Below are positions 1 to 9,378 of a stretch of DNA of 56,588 nucleotides, piece after piece; position 1 is the first letter of the stretch, and every line of letters starts with the position of its first letter. Source of the DNA: Bdellovibrionota bacterium (lineage in GTDB: Bacteria; Bdellovibrionota; FAC87; UBA2466); NCBI GenBank assembly GCA_041736915.1, contig JBGSST010000238.1, positions 1 through 56,588 of the forward strand, in the 5' to 3' direction. The notes beneath the pieces were generated by a model that worked only from the letters and a program-made list of their open reading frames with translations, had not been told where the DNA came from and searched no databases. The position numbers were made by a program, and so were the translations under genes.

Positions 1-369
1 TTTCAGGATAAAGAGTTTTGGGTGCGCCAGAGCCTGCCGCACGAGCTGCGCAACGCCTTTCGTTCGGCGGCGGAGCTGCGCGCGGCGGTGGGGGTAACGG
101 GAGAGCCCGCGCGGCAACATCGTGAGGCGCGGGATCGGCTTCTGGCGGCGGGGGCGACCGAAGCGCAGGTTCAGGAACTCGCCAAGGCACTATTCAATTT
201 AGTGGAAGAGAAAAAAACCAAGATCGAAACTTCAGACCCCAACGTCTATTACCAGAACAGCCGGCCCGCCGAATGGGCCTACGTCGCTCTACTGCCCTTC
301 GAAGAACGGCCCATCTCGTTCTACCTCGACGCCCTGATTTTGGGCGCCACCTATCAGCCCGCGGAGTGA
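1..369 (+). CDS. Hypothetical protein, C-terminal fragment (open to left window edge)
   Basis: Frame 1 has no stop from nt 1 to the TGA at 367-369. The track ORF starts at an internal GTG (22). No recognisable motif. Confidence 0.5.
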   Translation, partial: FQDKEFWVRQSLPHELRNAFRSAAELRAAVGVTGEPARQHREARDRLLAAGATEAQVQELAKALFNLVEEKKTKIETSDPNVYYQNSRPAEWAYVALLPFEERPISFYLDALILGATYQPAE

Positions 370-419
370 AACCCTTTCTAGTCAGCCCGCGCCTTTTGGA
401 GTTTACTTAAGGCCGCCCC

Positions 420-1088
420 ATGCGCGTCCGCAAAAGCACATTACGTCCCCAAGCCCTTTCGGTCTTGTCGAGCCTCTTCGAGTTCATGCCGACCCGCGCG
501 CAGCGCCGCATGGTGGAGATTTTGGAAGGGGCGATTCGCAACTACGCCACCATCGGCGTGGAGAAGACCACCTACGACAGCATCGCTAAAGCCTGCAAGA
601 TTAGCCGTCCTCTCGTGCAGCACTACTTCAAAGACAAAGAGGCCATCTACGAGATGAGCATGAAGTACATCCGCGCCAACTTTCAAAGGCTCGCGGTGGA
701 GTCGATCAAGAAGCAGGACGACCCCAAGCAGCAGCTGGAGCAGTACGTTTCCGCTCTTTTCTCCTGGGCCAAGAAGTTTCCCCTGCACGCCAAGGTGTGG
801 AACCTCGTTTATTACTACGCCGCCGTCGACTCCCACATTCGCCAGATCCACACCGAGCTAGCGATGATGGGCCATGACCGCATCACCTCGTTGCTGACCT
901 CGGGAATCGAGGCCGGCGTCTTCGCCCCCGGTGAAATTCGCGCCCGCGCCAAGATGATCCAAACGCTCTATACGGGCGGCTTGGTCATGGTGACCTCCGA
1001 AGATCTTTACGTCGATTCCGAGACCTTCCGCACCCTCCTGGTTCGCAGCTGCCTTCAGCTCGCCCAGCAGCCGCTTCCGGCCCTGTAG
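420..1088 (+). CDS. TetR/AcrR family transcriptional regulator
   Basis: N-terminal HTH signature TTYDSIAKACKISRPLVQHYFKDKEAIY. The ~220 aa size is typical of the TetR family. Confidence 0.85.
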   Translation: MRVRKSTLRPQALSVLSSLFEFMPTRAQRRMVEILEGAIRNYATIGVEKTTYDSIAKACKISRPLVQHYFKDKEAIYEMSMKYIRANFQRLAVESIKKQDDPKQQLEQYVSALFSWAKKFPLHAKVWNLVYYYAAVDSHIRQIHTELAMMGHDRITSLLTSGIEAGVFAPGEIRARAKMIQTLYTGGLVMVTSEDLYVDSETFRTLLVRSCLQLAQQPLPAL

Positions 1089-1157
1089 CGTATTCTTCTC
1101 ATTTCAATCGATAAAAATAAACCAATAATAACGAATGCTTATAAATATCCATTTGCA

Positions 1158-1177
1158 TAAATGTCAGTATACATTTA
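1158..1177. promoter_or_regulatory. Perfect 7-bp inverted repeat TAAATGT-N6-ACATTTA in an AT-rich spacer (candidate operator)
   Basis: Read directly. It lies inside the ~125-bp strongly AT-rich intergenic region 1089-1212, between the tetR-like gene and the 836-aa gene. Confidence 0.3.
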
Positions 1178-1212
1178 CGTTTTAGAAGGTTTAATTTTAC
1201 GAGGTTGTCAAT

Positions 1213-3723
1213 ATGCGAAGCAGGATGAAAAGGAACGTGTCGGAAACGGTTTACGAAACGCTTTGGCAGTGGAGCGTGCTTTTGTTGGTGCTGAGCGCGG
1301 TTAGTTTCGCCGCTCACCCCAACAAAAAGATCATCTTCACCGACGTCATGGACGACGATCTACGGGCGATCACCAACTACCTAACCGATCCCCAAACGCG
1401 TGACTCCATCGAAGCCTTCGTGGTGAGCACGGGAAACACGCATTTAAAAGCGGCGGTCATTCGCCAGATGGTTGCGGGTTACGGCCTCAACATTCCCGTC
1501 TACGCCGGCACGGCGACTAACCTTGCCAGCCACCCGGTAAGCTCCTTCGCGGGTAACTTCGAGAAAGAAGGGTTACCCATTCTTTCGGAGATCGACGTCG
1601 AGAACCTGGCGCTGTTCCGGGGCCGAGACGGCAACGCCGTGCAAGCGGTAACGGAACGCTTGCGGAACATTCCCATTGGGCAAAAGCTCGACATCGTCTT
1701 GCTCACGGCCCCCATCGATCTCGTGAAGATCGTGCAGGCCGATCGTGCGCATAGCTTTCGCGTGCTCGAAGATGGTTTTGGCATGGGCTTCGCTAAGAGC
1801 CTGGGCGACGGAAAGATGAGCGCCCCGTTCAACTCCATCGTCGGGGCGGAGTCGGTAGTTGAGTTTCAGAAACTGATTCAAGAGGGGCTCTTCACCGGGG
1901 CCTTTCATCACGTGCGTACCGACGTCGTGCAGAAAAATTCCGGCCTTCCCGGCGGCTACGTTCCCGACGGAGTAGCGGGCCAGGCATTGCGCGCCCGGCT
2001 CACGGCGGCGATGACGAAGAATCCCGTTTCGCACCGGCTACTGCAGAATGCGCTCGAGTACGCTTACAACTGGCGTTCTTCGGCCGCGCAGGAATTTGGC
2101 ATCGGCGTGGGAACCGATCTGGATCGCTGGGTGCCCGGGTCGTTCAGTAACCCGCAGAACGCGGTGGGCTTTTATCTGGCGGACACGGTCCCCGTAGAGC
2201 TTTCCAAGATGACGGCGGCCGAGCTGGCCAAGCAAAAATTTGCCGATGGCCGAACCAGCTTCCGCCTGAGCGGCTCTTCGGCCCAGCCGCTCATCATCGA
2301 GCCAAGTGGCAATATGAACGAACGGCCGGTGAGGGAACTTACGGAGTTCGACGGAATGGCGGCGCTCGAAAAACACGTGTCATTGCTCGAAGCGGCCGAC
2401 CAGTTCTCACCGACGGCCGAGTTTCGCCTGAACCCCATCGTATCGCCGCGCGCTCAGCGCAGCCAGGCCCCCGAAACGCACGACGGCCGCAAGCGGTCGC
2501 TGCTGATCGTCTTTAAGAACTCACCCGACGACTGGTTCGCGCTCGCCCGCGTGCTGTCGACGGAGCATGGCCGTGAAGCGCTCGCCAAAGGCGGCATCAT
2601 CGTCGAAGGGTTCAAGACGGTGGAAGTCGCTAACGCCGTTCGCAGCCTGGTCGCCAGCCTCGGCGAGACGGAGATCCCCGTGGTGGCGGGGCACCAGTAC
2701 ACGGATGCCGAAGTGAGGCACATCCCCAACTTCAAGGGTGAGCTGGCCCTCTACGATCAAGGGGAAGGGCTCCGGGCTTTCTCGAAGCTCGCGCCCGTTC
2801 ACGATCGTTTCGGCCTCGATGCCACTCGCCTCATCGAGCGCGCTATGAACTTTGCCGGCCACAACGGCGATAAGGTCGACTTCATGATCTTGGGTGAGGG
2901 CATCGATCTTGCCCGCGCCCTTCCGGAAGGGTCGCCCCATTGGTCGCGCGTTGGTGATCTTTACGACATGGGTGACGGACGTCTCACGGATAACCGCACT
3001 AAGTTGGCGCTTACCCGCAACTGGCTCCCCCACGGCGATGAGGTCATCCCGTTTCTGGAACGCGCGGCGGAAAAAGGAAAGAACGTGCTCATCTTCTCGT
3101 CGAACGAGTTCGGCGGATCGCTCGTTTCCAAAACGAGCGGCGAAGTGGGCAACGGCAACGCCGCCTTCACGAAGCTGGATCGGGCCTCTGAACTCAATCC
3201 AGCTTTTGCCGCCATGAAAAATCACTGGCTCAACTGGAGCCGAATCTTTGCCTGGATCACGCAGAAAGAGCCCACCGCGTGGGACCCGAACAAAGCGGTC
3301 GACCTCGTAACCATCTCTCCGCTCGGACTGACGATTGCCGATGAGTGGTCCAAGGGCGAGTTGCCCCGCCAGGTGGAAGCTCAACACGTGGAAACTCCCG
3401 GTGCGCCGGTGGGCGTGAATCGTGTATCTCTGCTGGGATTGCTCAAGCCCGAGTCGCAGACATCGGCGGGTGGCAAGGTGGCGTGGCTAGCGCGCGGTAC
3501 GGGGCAAGAGATCGTGCCGCTGGCGCGGCGCTTTTCGGACGCGATTGATAATCTACTTCGCTCGCGCGAGGCCAATCGGCATCACCATGCGGCACGTGAT
3601 TTTTCGATCTTCAGTCCCGAAGCGCAGCAGTCGCTCGATGAAGTGCGAAACACTCAGCTGCCTGGCGGCACCTGCGCGAAGAAGATCGCCGATCTCGGTG
3701 GGGCACCGCCGGCGGCGCCGTAA
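1213..3723 (+). CDS. Secreted/anchored 836-aa protein with two tandem, degenerate nucleoside-hydrolase-like halves
   Basis: N-terminal hydrophobic segment WSVLLLVLSAVSFAA. The two halves align: KKIIFTDVMDDDLRAI...IPVYAGTAT...DIVLLTAPIDLVKI versus SLLIVFKNSPDDWFAL...IPVVAGHQY...DFMILGEGIDLARAL. The pattern resembles the IUNH fold (DxDxxxDD, IPVxxG, MGG..FN) but is degenerate. Confidence 0.75.
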   Translation: MRSRMKRNVSETVYETLWQWSVLLLVLSAVSFAAHPNKKIIFTDVMDDDLRAITNYLTDPQTRDSIEAFVVSTGNTHLKAAVIRQMVAGYGLNIPVYAGTATNLASHPVSSFAGNFEKEGLPILSEIDVENLALFRGRDGNAVQAVTERLRNIPIGQKLDIVLLTAPIDLVKIVQADRAHSFRVLEDGFGMGFAKSLGDGKMSAPFNSIVGAESVVEFQKLIQEGLFTGAFHHVRTDVVQKNSGLPGGYVPDGVAGQALRARLTAAMTKNPVSHRLLQNALEYAYNWRSSAAQEFGIGVGTDLDRWVPGSFSNPQNAVGFYLADTVPVELSKMTAAELAKQKFADGRTSFRLSGSSAQPLIIEPSGNMNERPVRELTEFDGMAALEKHVSLLEAADQFSPTAEFRLNPIVSPRAQRSQAPETHDGRKRSLLIVFKNSPDDWFALARVLSTEHGREALAKGGIIVEGFKTVEVANAVRSLVASLGETEIPVVAGHQYTDAEVRHIPNFKGELALYDQGEGLRAFSKLAPVHDRFGLDATRLIERAMNFAGHNGDKVDFMILGEGIDLARALPEGSPHWSRVGDLYDMGDGRLTDNRTKLALTRNWLPHGDEVIPFLERAAEKGKNVLIFSSNEFGGSLVSKTSGEVGNGNAAFTKLDRASELNPAFAAMKNHWLNWSRIFAWITQKEPTAWDPNKAVDLVTISPLGLTIADEWSKGELPRQVEAQHVETPGAPVGVNRVSLLGLLKPESQTSAGGKVAWLARGTGQEIVPLARRFSDAIDNLLRSREANRHHHAARDFSIFSPEAQQSLDEVRNTQLPGGTCAKKIADLGGAPPAAP

Positions 3724-3731
3724 GTGATGGC

Positions 3732-3760
3732 AAAAAAAGGGAATGGCTTTCGCCATTCCC
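3732..3760 (-). terminator. Rho-independent terminator (9-bp stem GGGAATGGC/GCCATTCCC, loop TTTC, U-run on minus strand)
   Basis: Plus strand reads AAAAAAA-GGGAATGGC-TTTC-GCCATTCCC. On the minus strand the hairpin is followed by T7. It sits between convergent genes ending at 3723 (+) and 3790 (-). Confidence 0.65.
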
Positions 3761-3789
3761 TCAACCTGCTTGAATCTAAGTGCGGGCCG

Positions 3790-4203
3790 TTAGTCGCGGC
3801 TAACGGGGTATACTTTTTTGCCGCTCGTAGGGTGCGAGATCGTCAACGTGCCGTTTTCAGTTTCCACCTGAAACTGGACGTCGGTCGAATCTGGATTCAC
3901 GTTCTTACCGTTGGCGTTGCCGCTGGTGAGCGTGTACGAACGGCAGAAGCCAGGGCAGCGGCCGAGCATTTCCGTTTGGCTAGCGAACTGGCCGAGGTCC
4001 CCTTCGGCATCCGCGAAGCGAACGCTGAAGTACTTGCGGCCGCCGAACGCATTCACTTTATTAGTGCACACCTTGGTGGCTTCCGTGAAGAGTTTTACGG
4101 GGCCGACGAAGCGCGGGCCCGTGCCGGTGAAAGTGAAACAAGCCGCGAACGCGCCGGGCGCCGCAACCAAAGCAACGAAGAGAACCGAATAAAAAGATTT
4201 CAT
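3790..4203 (-). CDS. Small secreted Cys-containing hypothetical protein
   Basis: Signal peptide MKSFYSVLFVALVAAPGAFA. 137 aa with four Cys in the mature part. Followed by the terminator at 3732-3760. Confidence 0.7.
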   Translation of the reverse strand: MKSFYSVLFVALVAAPGAFAACFTFTGTGPRFVGPVKLFTEATKVCTNKVNAFGGRKYFSVRFADAEGDLGQFASQTEMLGRCPGFCRSYTLTSGNANGKNVNPDSTDVQFQVETENGTLTISHPTSGKKVYPVSRD

Positions 4204-4347
4204 GAGCTAACCTCCAACAGTTTTTGAATCGAACACCGTGGAGCTACCGTGTTCGTGACACGGCCCGCAATGAAAAACCGCATTGGCCACGATCTAGTGA
4301 AGGTAATGCGATCCCACCTTCGCGGGATCCGATAATTTTTACACGTT

Positions 4348-5226
4348 CTACGCGAGAGATCTTCCCAGCTGGGTCATCAGCTCAGCTAACGGCCGGGGCA
4401 CGGTGCGCCCCTTGGGAGAAACGGCGGAGATGGTAGTAGTGGCTTTCCACCCCGGAAGTTTTACATCTTTCAGATCGTGCCACTCGCAGAAAGGCTCAGG
4501 CACGAACCCCCACGCGTCGCTCGTGTTCAAATACTGGGCGGCCACCTCGTACGCGTCGAAGATGAAACTCACTCGCGGCGTGATGCCGGCCTTTTTGAAC
4601 TCCGGATGCTGCTCGCACACGTCGATACCCTGAAACGCTTTCGGTAACGCGCAGGGGGCTTCGTTGAGCCATTCCTTCAACGCCGCCGGTTTGTACTTCA
4701 GCGCCGGGTGCTTGGCGCGGACGACGAGCCGCAGGGGCACGTCGCATAGCTTTTCCACCAGCACGCCGGGAGTCGGCAGCGGCGCGTAGCAAAAGCCCAA
4801 GTCTAAAACGCCGTTGTGTACGTTCTCGACCACCTGCGCGGAGCGGAACGAGAAAAACTCGGCCACGATCTGCGGATGCGCCGTTTGAATCGGCGACCAG
4901 GTCGGCACGATGAGCCGGCTCATTAACCCGTGCGTGGCCCCCAAACGAAAATGCCCCTGCCACTCCACGTGCGCGGAAGCGATCTCTTGCTTGGTGTTGT
5001 CTAGCTCGGCCAGAATTTTTTCCACCCGCTCCGCCAGGCGTTTGCCGTGCGTGGTGAGGGTGATGTTTTTGCCGATCTTTTCGACGAGCGTCTGGCCTAG
5101 CTCGTCTTCGAGCTGGGCGATGCTGTGGCTGATCGCACTGGGGCTGATGTTCAAGATCTTCGACGCCTTACCGATGTGCTCGGTCCGCGAAACGGCGAGA
5201 AAATACTGAAGCTGGTCGAATTTCAC
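4348..5226 (-). CDS. LysR family transcriptional regulator
   Basis: HTH FDQLQYFLAVSRTEHIGKASKILNISPSAISHSIAQLEDELGQTLVEK. The probable start is GTG at 5226 (VKFDQLQYF). The track ORF extends to 5286. Confidence 0.9.
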   Translation of the reverse strand: MKFDQLQYFLAVSRTEHIGKASKILNISPSAISHSIAQLEDELGQTLVEKIGKNITLTTHGKRLAERVEKILAELDNTKQEIASAHVEWQGHFRLGATHGLMSRLIVPTWSPIQTAHPQIVAEFFSFRSAQVVENVHNGVLDLGFCYAPLPTPGVLVEKLCDVPLRLVVRAKHPALKYKPAALKEWLNEAPCALPKAFQGIDVCEQHPEFKKAGITPRVSFIFDAYEVAAQYLNTSDAWGFVPEPFCEWHDLKDVKLPGWKATTTISAVSPKGRTVPRPLAELMTQLGRSLA

Positions 5227-5227
5227 T

Positions 5228-5256
5228 CTCAACGCATAGCAATAAACCCAGTTGAG
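5228..5256. promoter_or_regulatory. Inverted repeat CTCAAC-N17-GTTGAG in the 51-bp divergent lysR/5278 spacer (candidate LysR site)
   Basis: Read directly from the sequence. The position is typical for a LysR-type divergent promoter. Confidence 0.25.
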
Positions 5257-5277
5257 GAAAAGGCCGATAAGGAAAGG

Positions 5278-6408
5278 ATGTGGCAAACCCTTATCCTACT
5301 GTTTTGGTTTGCCATTCCCGGCTGGGCCGAGCCTCCGTCGTTTCTCGACCCGGGCCCCGGCCGCACGGTCCCCATTTTTGGCGCGCCGTTCGTCGTGCCC
5401 ACCGAGCATAATCAGCGAGACTCCATTCCTATCGTGAAAGAGGCTCCGTCGGGCGCCTACGTTTCCGTGGGGTTCGAACGCTCGTTCGTGGGGGCGGCCA
5501 TCACTCCGGCAGCCACCCATCTGGTGATTCTGGACCGAAATCCCAACCTCGTTCAGTTGGCTCGCTACAATGCAGGGTTGTTGGCTTTGGCCCGCGACCG
5601 TGCGGATTACCTACAGCTGCGACTCAAGGGTAATGCAGAGACGATTCGGCAGCGCACGGAGAACAGCCAGGTGGCTTCCGACTACCGGCAGGCTCTGTTG
5701 GATCCCGAGACCGAGAAGCTCTTCGATATCCACGTTCGGGAAAAACGCACGGATCACTTCTTCTTCGGACCCTGGGGAGCAGGCCGGCGCGAGACCTTTT
5801 CCGTATTTCACAGCCCCCCTCCCAACAAGGGCGGCGAGTATGGGTACCGGGACGCCAACTACCTGCACGACGACAAACTGTTCGAGCGGCTGCAGGCCAT
5901 GGCCCGTGCCGGAAACATTTCCGCCGCCAAGGCGGAACTCTCGGACAAGACGCAGGTAAAGTCCGTCGTGGCCAAGCTGGCGGAACGTAGCGTGGGGCTT
6001 AGCGTGTTGGACGTTAGCGACACCTGGTACCACTCGAACCGGCAAAGAATCAGCTTCCTCACCCCTTCCGAATCGCTGGATCTTTGGCAGTCGTTCGGCG
6101 CCGTGGCCAAACCCGAAAGCGTGCTGCTCATGACGGCGTGGGACTCACGCGAAAAGCGCGTTGCGGACGCGCGTCCGGGCGTGGGCGGCTACTGGAAGTG
6201 GATCTACTTCGGAATGACTTACGAGAACGTGATGAATACCGGCACGGCGGCCACTACTTTGAACCGCATCGTGGACTACTATCACACTTACGGGCAGGGC
6301 AATCCCGCCTGGGCCGGACGCCTTGACCAGACTCCCAGTTCATGGCCCCCACTAAACCGTCCCGGATGTTTACTGGCGTTTCTTCGTCTTCTGACTTCCA
6401 CGCATTAA
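5278..6408 (+). CDS. Secreted hypothetical protein
   Basis: Internal ATG at 5278 gives the signal peptide MWQTLILLFWFAIPGWA, preceded by GGAAAGG. Divergent from the LysR gene. No confident family assignment. Confidence 0.7.
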   Translation: MWQTLILLFWFAIPGWAEPPSFLDPGPGRTVPIFGAPFVVPTEHNQRDSIPIVKEAPSGAYVSVGFERSFVGAAITPAATHLVILDRNPNLVQLARYNAGLLALARDRADYLQLRLKGNAETIRQRTENSQVASDYRQALLDPETEKLFDIHVREKRTDHFFFGPWGAGRRETFSVFHSPPPNKGGEYGYRDANYLHDDKLFERLQAMARAGNISAAKAELSDKTQVKSVVAKLAERSVGLSVLDVSDTWYHSNRQRISFLTPSESLDLWQSFGAVAKPESVLLMTAWDSREKRVADARPGVGGYWKWIYFGMTYENVMNTGTAATTLNRIVDYYHTYGQGNPAWAGRLDQTPSSWPPLNRPGCLLAFLRLLTSTH

Positions 6409-8501
6409 GCGGGCGACTTCACGTCCATGTTGTCCGCGACCAGCTCCATCACGTCGATAACCTGAACCTCTTCGCCTAGCCCCTTCTCGTTCACGCCGCT
6501 GCCGAGCATGATGCGGCAGAACGGGCACGAGGTGGCAATGACGTCGGGTTTCTTTTCCAGCGCCTGCTCGGTGCGCATCACGTTCACGCGCTGATCGGCT
6601 TTCTCTTCCACCCACATGCGTCCACCGCCGGCGCCACAGCAAGTTCCCTCGCGGCGGTTCATCGTCATCTCGGTGAGCTTCGTATTGGGAATGGCGCTCA
6701 GCACTTTGCGCGGGTCTTCGTAGATCCCGTTGTGACGGCCGAAGTAGCAAGAGTCGTGGTAGACCACGTTCTTGTCCTTCAGCGTTTCATTTTTCACCTT
6801 TACCTTGCCCTCTTCGAGCAGCTTGCGGGTGAAAACGGCCGCGGCTTCCACTTCCCAGTTGCCGCCAAACTGCGGGTACTCGTGCTTCATGGTGTTGAAG
6901 CAGTGCGGGCAGTTCGTGAGAACCTTCTTCACGTTGTAGCCGTTGATCATCGTGGTAAGTCCCTCCGCCATCGTCTGGTAGAGGTACTCGTTACCCAAGC
7001 GGCGCGCGGTTTCGCCGTTGCACATCTCTTTTTTGCCGAGGATGGCGAACGACACGCCGGCCTCCTTTAAAATCTTCACGAAGCTCTGCGTGGCTTTCTT
7101 CTGCTTGGAATCGAAGCTGCCGCCGCAGCCGACGAAGTACAGGTACTCCGCATCCGGCTTCTCATCGATCGTCGGCACGTCGAACCCCTCGGCCCACGTG
7201 GCGCGCTCTTCGGACGAGATGCCCCAGGGGTTGGAGTTGTTTTCCAAACCTTTGAAGGTGCGGTTGAGTTCTTCCGGGAAACGGGCGGCCTCTTGGACTA
7301 AGTGCTGGCGAATATCGACCATCTTGTCGACGTACTCGATGTTGACCGGACACATCTCTTCGCAAGCGCGACAGGTCACGCAAGACCACACGACTTCGTC
7401 GGAGATCGCTTTGCCTTCGCCGACAATTAGGTCAAACGACGGCGCGGGTAACGGTTGGCCGTCGGTACCCGTCTTCTTCAAGCCGACCTGCATCAACGCC
7501 GGCTGGTTTTTGTAAACATCGTCGCGCAAATTCATCAGGAACATGCGGGGGGCCAGCGGCTTACCCGTGGCGGTCGCGGGGCAGAACGAAGAACAGCGAC
7601 CGCACTCGGTGCAGCTGTAAGCGTCGAGCACCTGCTTAAAGGTGAAATGATTCGGCTGCGAACGGCCAAATAGCGGATCCTCCACACCGTAGTCTTTCTT
7701 CTGCAACCAGCCCGCGGGCTCGAGCTTACCCAAAAAGACGTTGGGGACCGCGGTGATGATGTGAAAGTGCTTCGAGCGCGGGAGCAGGTTCAAAAAGACG
7801 AGAATGACGAGATTGTGCACCCACCACGCCACGTCGATTAACGTGCTGGTGAACGCCGGGTACATCGACAGAAAGTCAGATAGCCGACGGGTGATTGGCT
7901 GGTAGGCCGCTTCGCGCAGCAGGCGCTGATCGTCGGGGAACACCACGAGCTGGCCAGCATCGTACAAAAAACCGGTCGCCATGATGGTGGTGATGAACAG
8001 CAAAATGACCACCGCCTCGGCGTGCGAAGCTTCACGGATTTTCGCTTCGGCCGGCAGGAAACCAAAAAGCCGGGTGGGCTTGATTACCGTCCAGCGCACC
8101 AGCGCGATAGCCGCGGCGATCATGACGCCCGCTTGGAAAAAATCCTTCAGGAAGGCGTAGGCGTTGCCGATGGGCTCGATGCCCAGGCCGGGCACGTGAA
8201 AGTCCCAGATCCAGCCGCGGGCGAACATCGTGATCACCTGCAGCGATAGGGTTACGAATCCCCAGAAGATGATGATGTGCATCCAGCCCGAAGGCTGATC
8301 GCCCAAGAAAAATTTGTACTGACCGAACGCGTAGACCAAGGTGTTCTTCAACCGCTTGCCCCAGGTCTTCGACGAGTAGTCGCGCCCGTCGTCGGTGCGC
8401 ATTCCCTTTAGAACGGCGAAGCGTCCAAAGAGTTGGTAGGCAAAAAATCCTACTCCGGCCAGAAAGGCGATGGTCCACAAGATGACGGTGATTTGGCTCA
8501 T
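6405..8501 (-). CDS. Membrane-anchored (Fe-S)-binding oxidoreductase, HdrD/DsrK-like with N-terminal multi-TM domain
   Basis: About 5-6 N-terminal TM helices. Two ferredoxin-type motifs, CTECGRCSSFCP and CVTCRACEEMCP. Two CCG-type Cys-rich modules, VGCGGSF...CPHC and TCCGAGGG...SCPFC. Confidence 0.85.
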   Translation of the reverse strand: MSQITVILWTIAFLAGVGFFAYQLFGRFAVLKGMRTDDGRDYSSKTWGKRLKNTLVYAFGQYKFFLGDQPSGWMHIIIFWGFVTLSLQVITMFARGWIWDFHVPGLGIEPIGNAYAFLKDFFQAGVMIAAAIALVRWTVIKPTRLFGFLPAEAKIREASHAEAVVILLFITTIMATGFLYDAGQLVVFPDDQRLLREAAYQPITRRLSDFLSMYPAFTSTLIDVAWWVHNLVILVFLNLLPRSKHFHIITAVPNVFLGKLEPAGWLQKKDYGVEDPLFGRSQPNHFTFKQVLDAYSCTECGRCSSFCPATATGKPLAPRMFLMNLRDDVYKNQPALMQVGLKKTGTDGQPLPAPSFDLIVGEGKAISDEVVWSCVTCRACEEMCPVNIEYVDKMVDIRQHLVQEAARFPEELNRTFKGLENNSNPWGISSEERATWAEGFDVPTIDEKPDAEYLYFVGCGGSFDSKQKKATQSFVKILKEAGVSFAILGKKEMCNGETARRLGNEYLYQTMAEGLTTMINGYNVKKVLTNCPHCFNTMKHEYPQFGGNWEVEAAAVFTRKLLEEGKVKVKNETLKDKNVVYHDSCYFGRHNGIYEDPRKVLSAIPNTKLTEMTMNRREGTCCGAGGGRMWVEEKADQRVNVMRTEQALEKKPDVIATSCPFCRIMLGSGVNEKGLGEEVQVIDVMELVADNMDVKSPA

Positions 8502-8556
8502 GATCTTTCCTCGTTAACGGCCCAATTAGGTTAGTCGACGAGGCGCGGCTAGGCAA

Positions 8557-9378
8557 TCACGGGATGGGAAGAAGCTCTTCCCGCCGGCTGGCCCAGGCGT
8601 CGACCTTGGCTTGGCACTCGCGGATCTGCCGGGGCTCGATTTCGCAAACGACCAGCCCGGTCTCCGTTTTTTTCTCGGCGAGAATTTCGCCCCAGGGGCC
8701 CACCGCCATCGAGTGGCCATGGGTTGGCTTGCCGTCGCCGGTGATTCCGGTTTGGCCGGGGGCCACCATGAAGAACTGATTCTCGATCGCGCGGGCCCGC
8801 ACGAGCGTTTCCCAGTGCGCCTTACCCGTGGGAACGGTGAAGGCCGACGGCAAAACCACGAGCTCGACCCGTTTCGTCCTCAGGGCACGAAACAGCTCGG
8901 GAAATCGTAAGTCGTAACAAATGGCCAGCCCCACCTCGAGCCCCGCGATCTCGACGGTCACCACATCGGCGCCCGCCTCGCAGTACTTGCCCTCGAAGTA
9001 TTCGTGGTCGGGAAGGGTGGCGCGGAAAAGGTGGAGCTTGCGGTAGTACGCCACCGGATCGCCCTGTACGGAGAACACGGGCAGGGTGTTGAAGTAACGG
9101 CCGGGAGATCCGGGTACCGGCTCGCGCAGCGTGCCGGGGAGGACCGCGATCTCGTAGTTGCTGGCCATCTTCGAAAAGCGTTCGAGTACCGGCTCGAACG
9201 AGTCCACGATTTTCAGCGCCTGGGCCGCCGAGCCAATGAAATAAGCCATCTCGGGAAAAATCACCATGTAGGCGCCCGCCTGCGCGGCTTCTTTAACCTT
9301 GGCTTCCATCTGCGCGAGGTTGTCCTCGAGATTGGCGCTGGAAGTCATTTGTACGAACGCAATTCGTGTCATGACCAA
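8557..9378 (-). CDS. Carbon-nitrogen hydrolase (nitrilase superfamily) amidohydrolase
   Basis: Glu-Lys-Cys triad context: IFPEM, RKLHLF, AICYDLRFPELF. 273 aa. Confidence 0.9.
   Translation of the reverse strand: MVMTRIAFVQMTSSANLEDNLAQMEAKVKEAAQAGAYMVIFPEMAYFIGSAAQALKIVDSFEPVLERFSKMASNYEIAVLPGTLREPVPGSPGRYFNTLPVFSVQGDPVAYYRKLHLFRATLPDHEYFEGKYCEAGADVVTVEIAGLEVGLAICYDLRFPELFRALRTKRVELVVLPSAFTVPTGKAHWETLVRARAIENQFFMVAPGQTGITGDGKPTHGHSMAVGPWGEILAEKKTETGLVVCEIEPRQIRECQAKVDAWASRREELLPIP

Noticed and set aside
2521-3387. 288-aa ORF antisense to the 836-aa gene. Similar long shadow ORFs occur at 9484..10215, 34828..35448, 52019..52606 and 53155..53739. The same applies to the same-strand alternate-frame ORFs 36211..37059 and 39195..39923.
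   Set aside because: They are Arg/Gly/Pro/Ala-rich and motif-free, and each lies fully inside a well-supported gene. These are typical high-GC alternate-frame or antisense artefacts.
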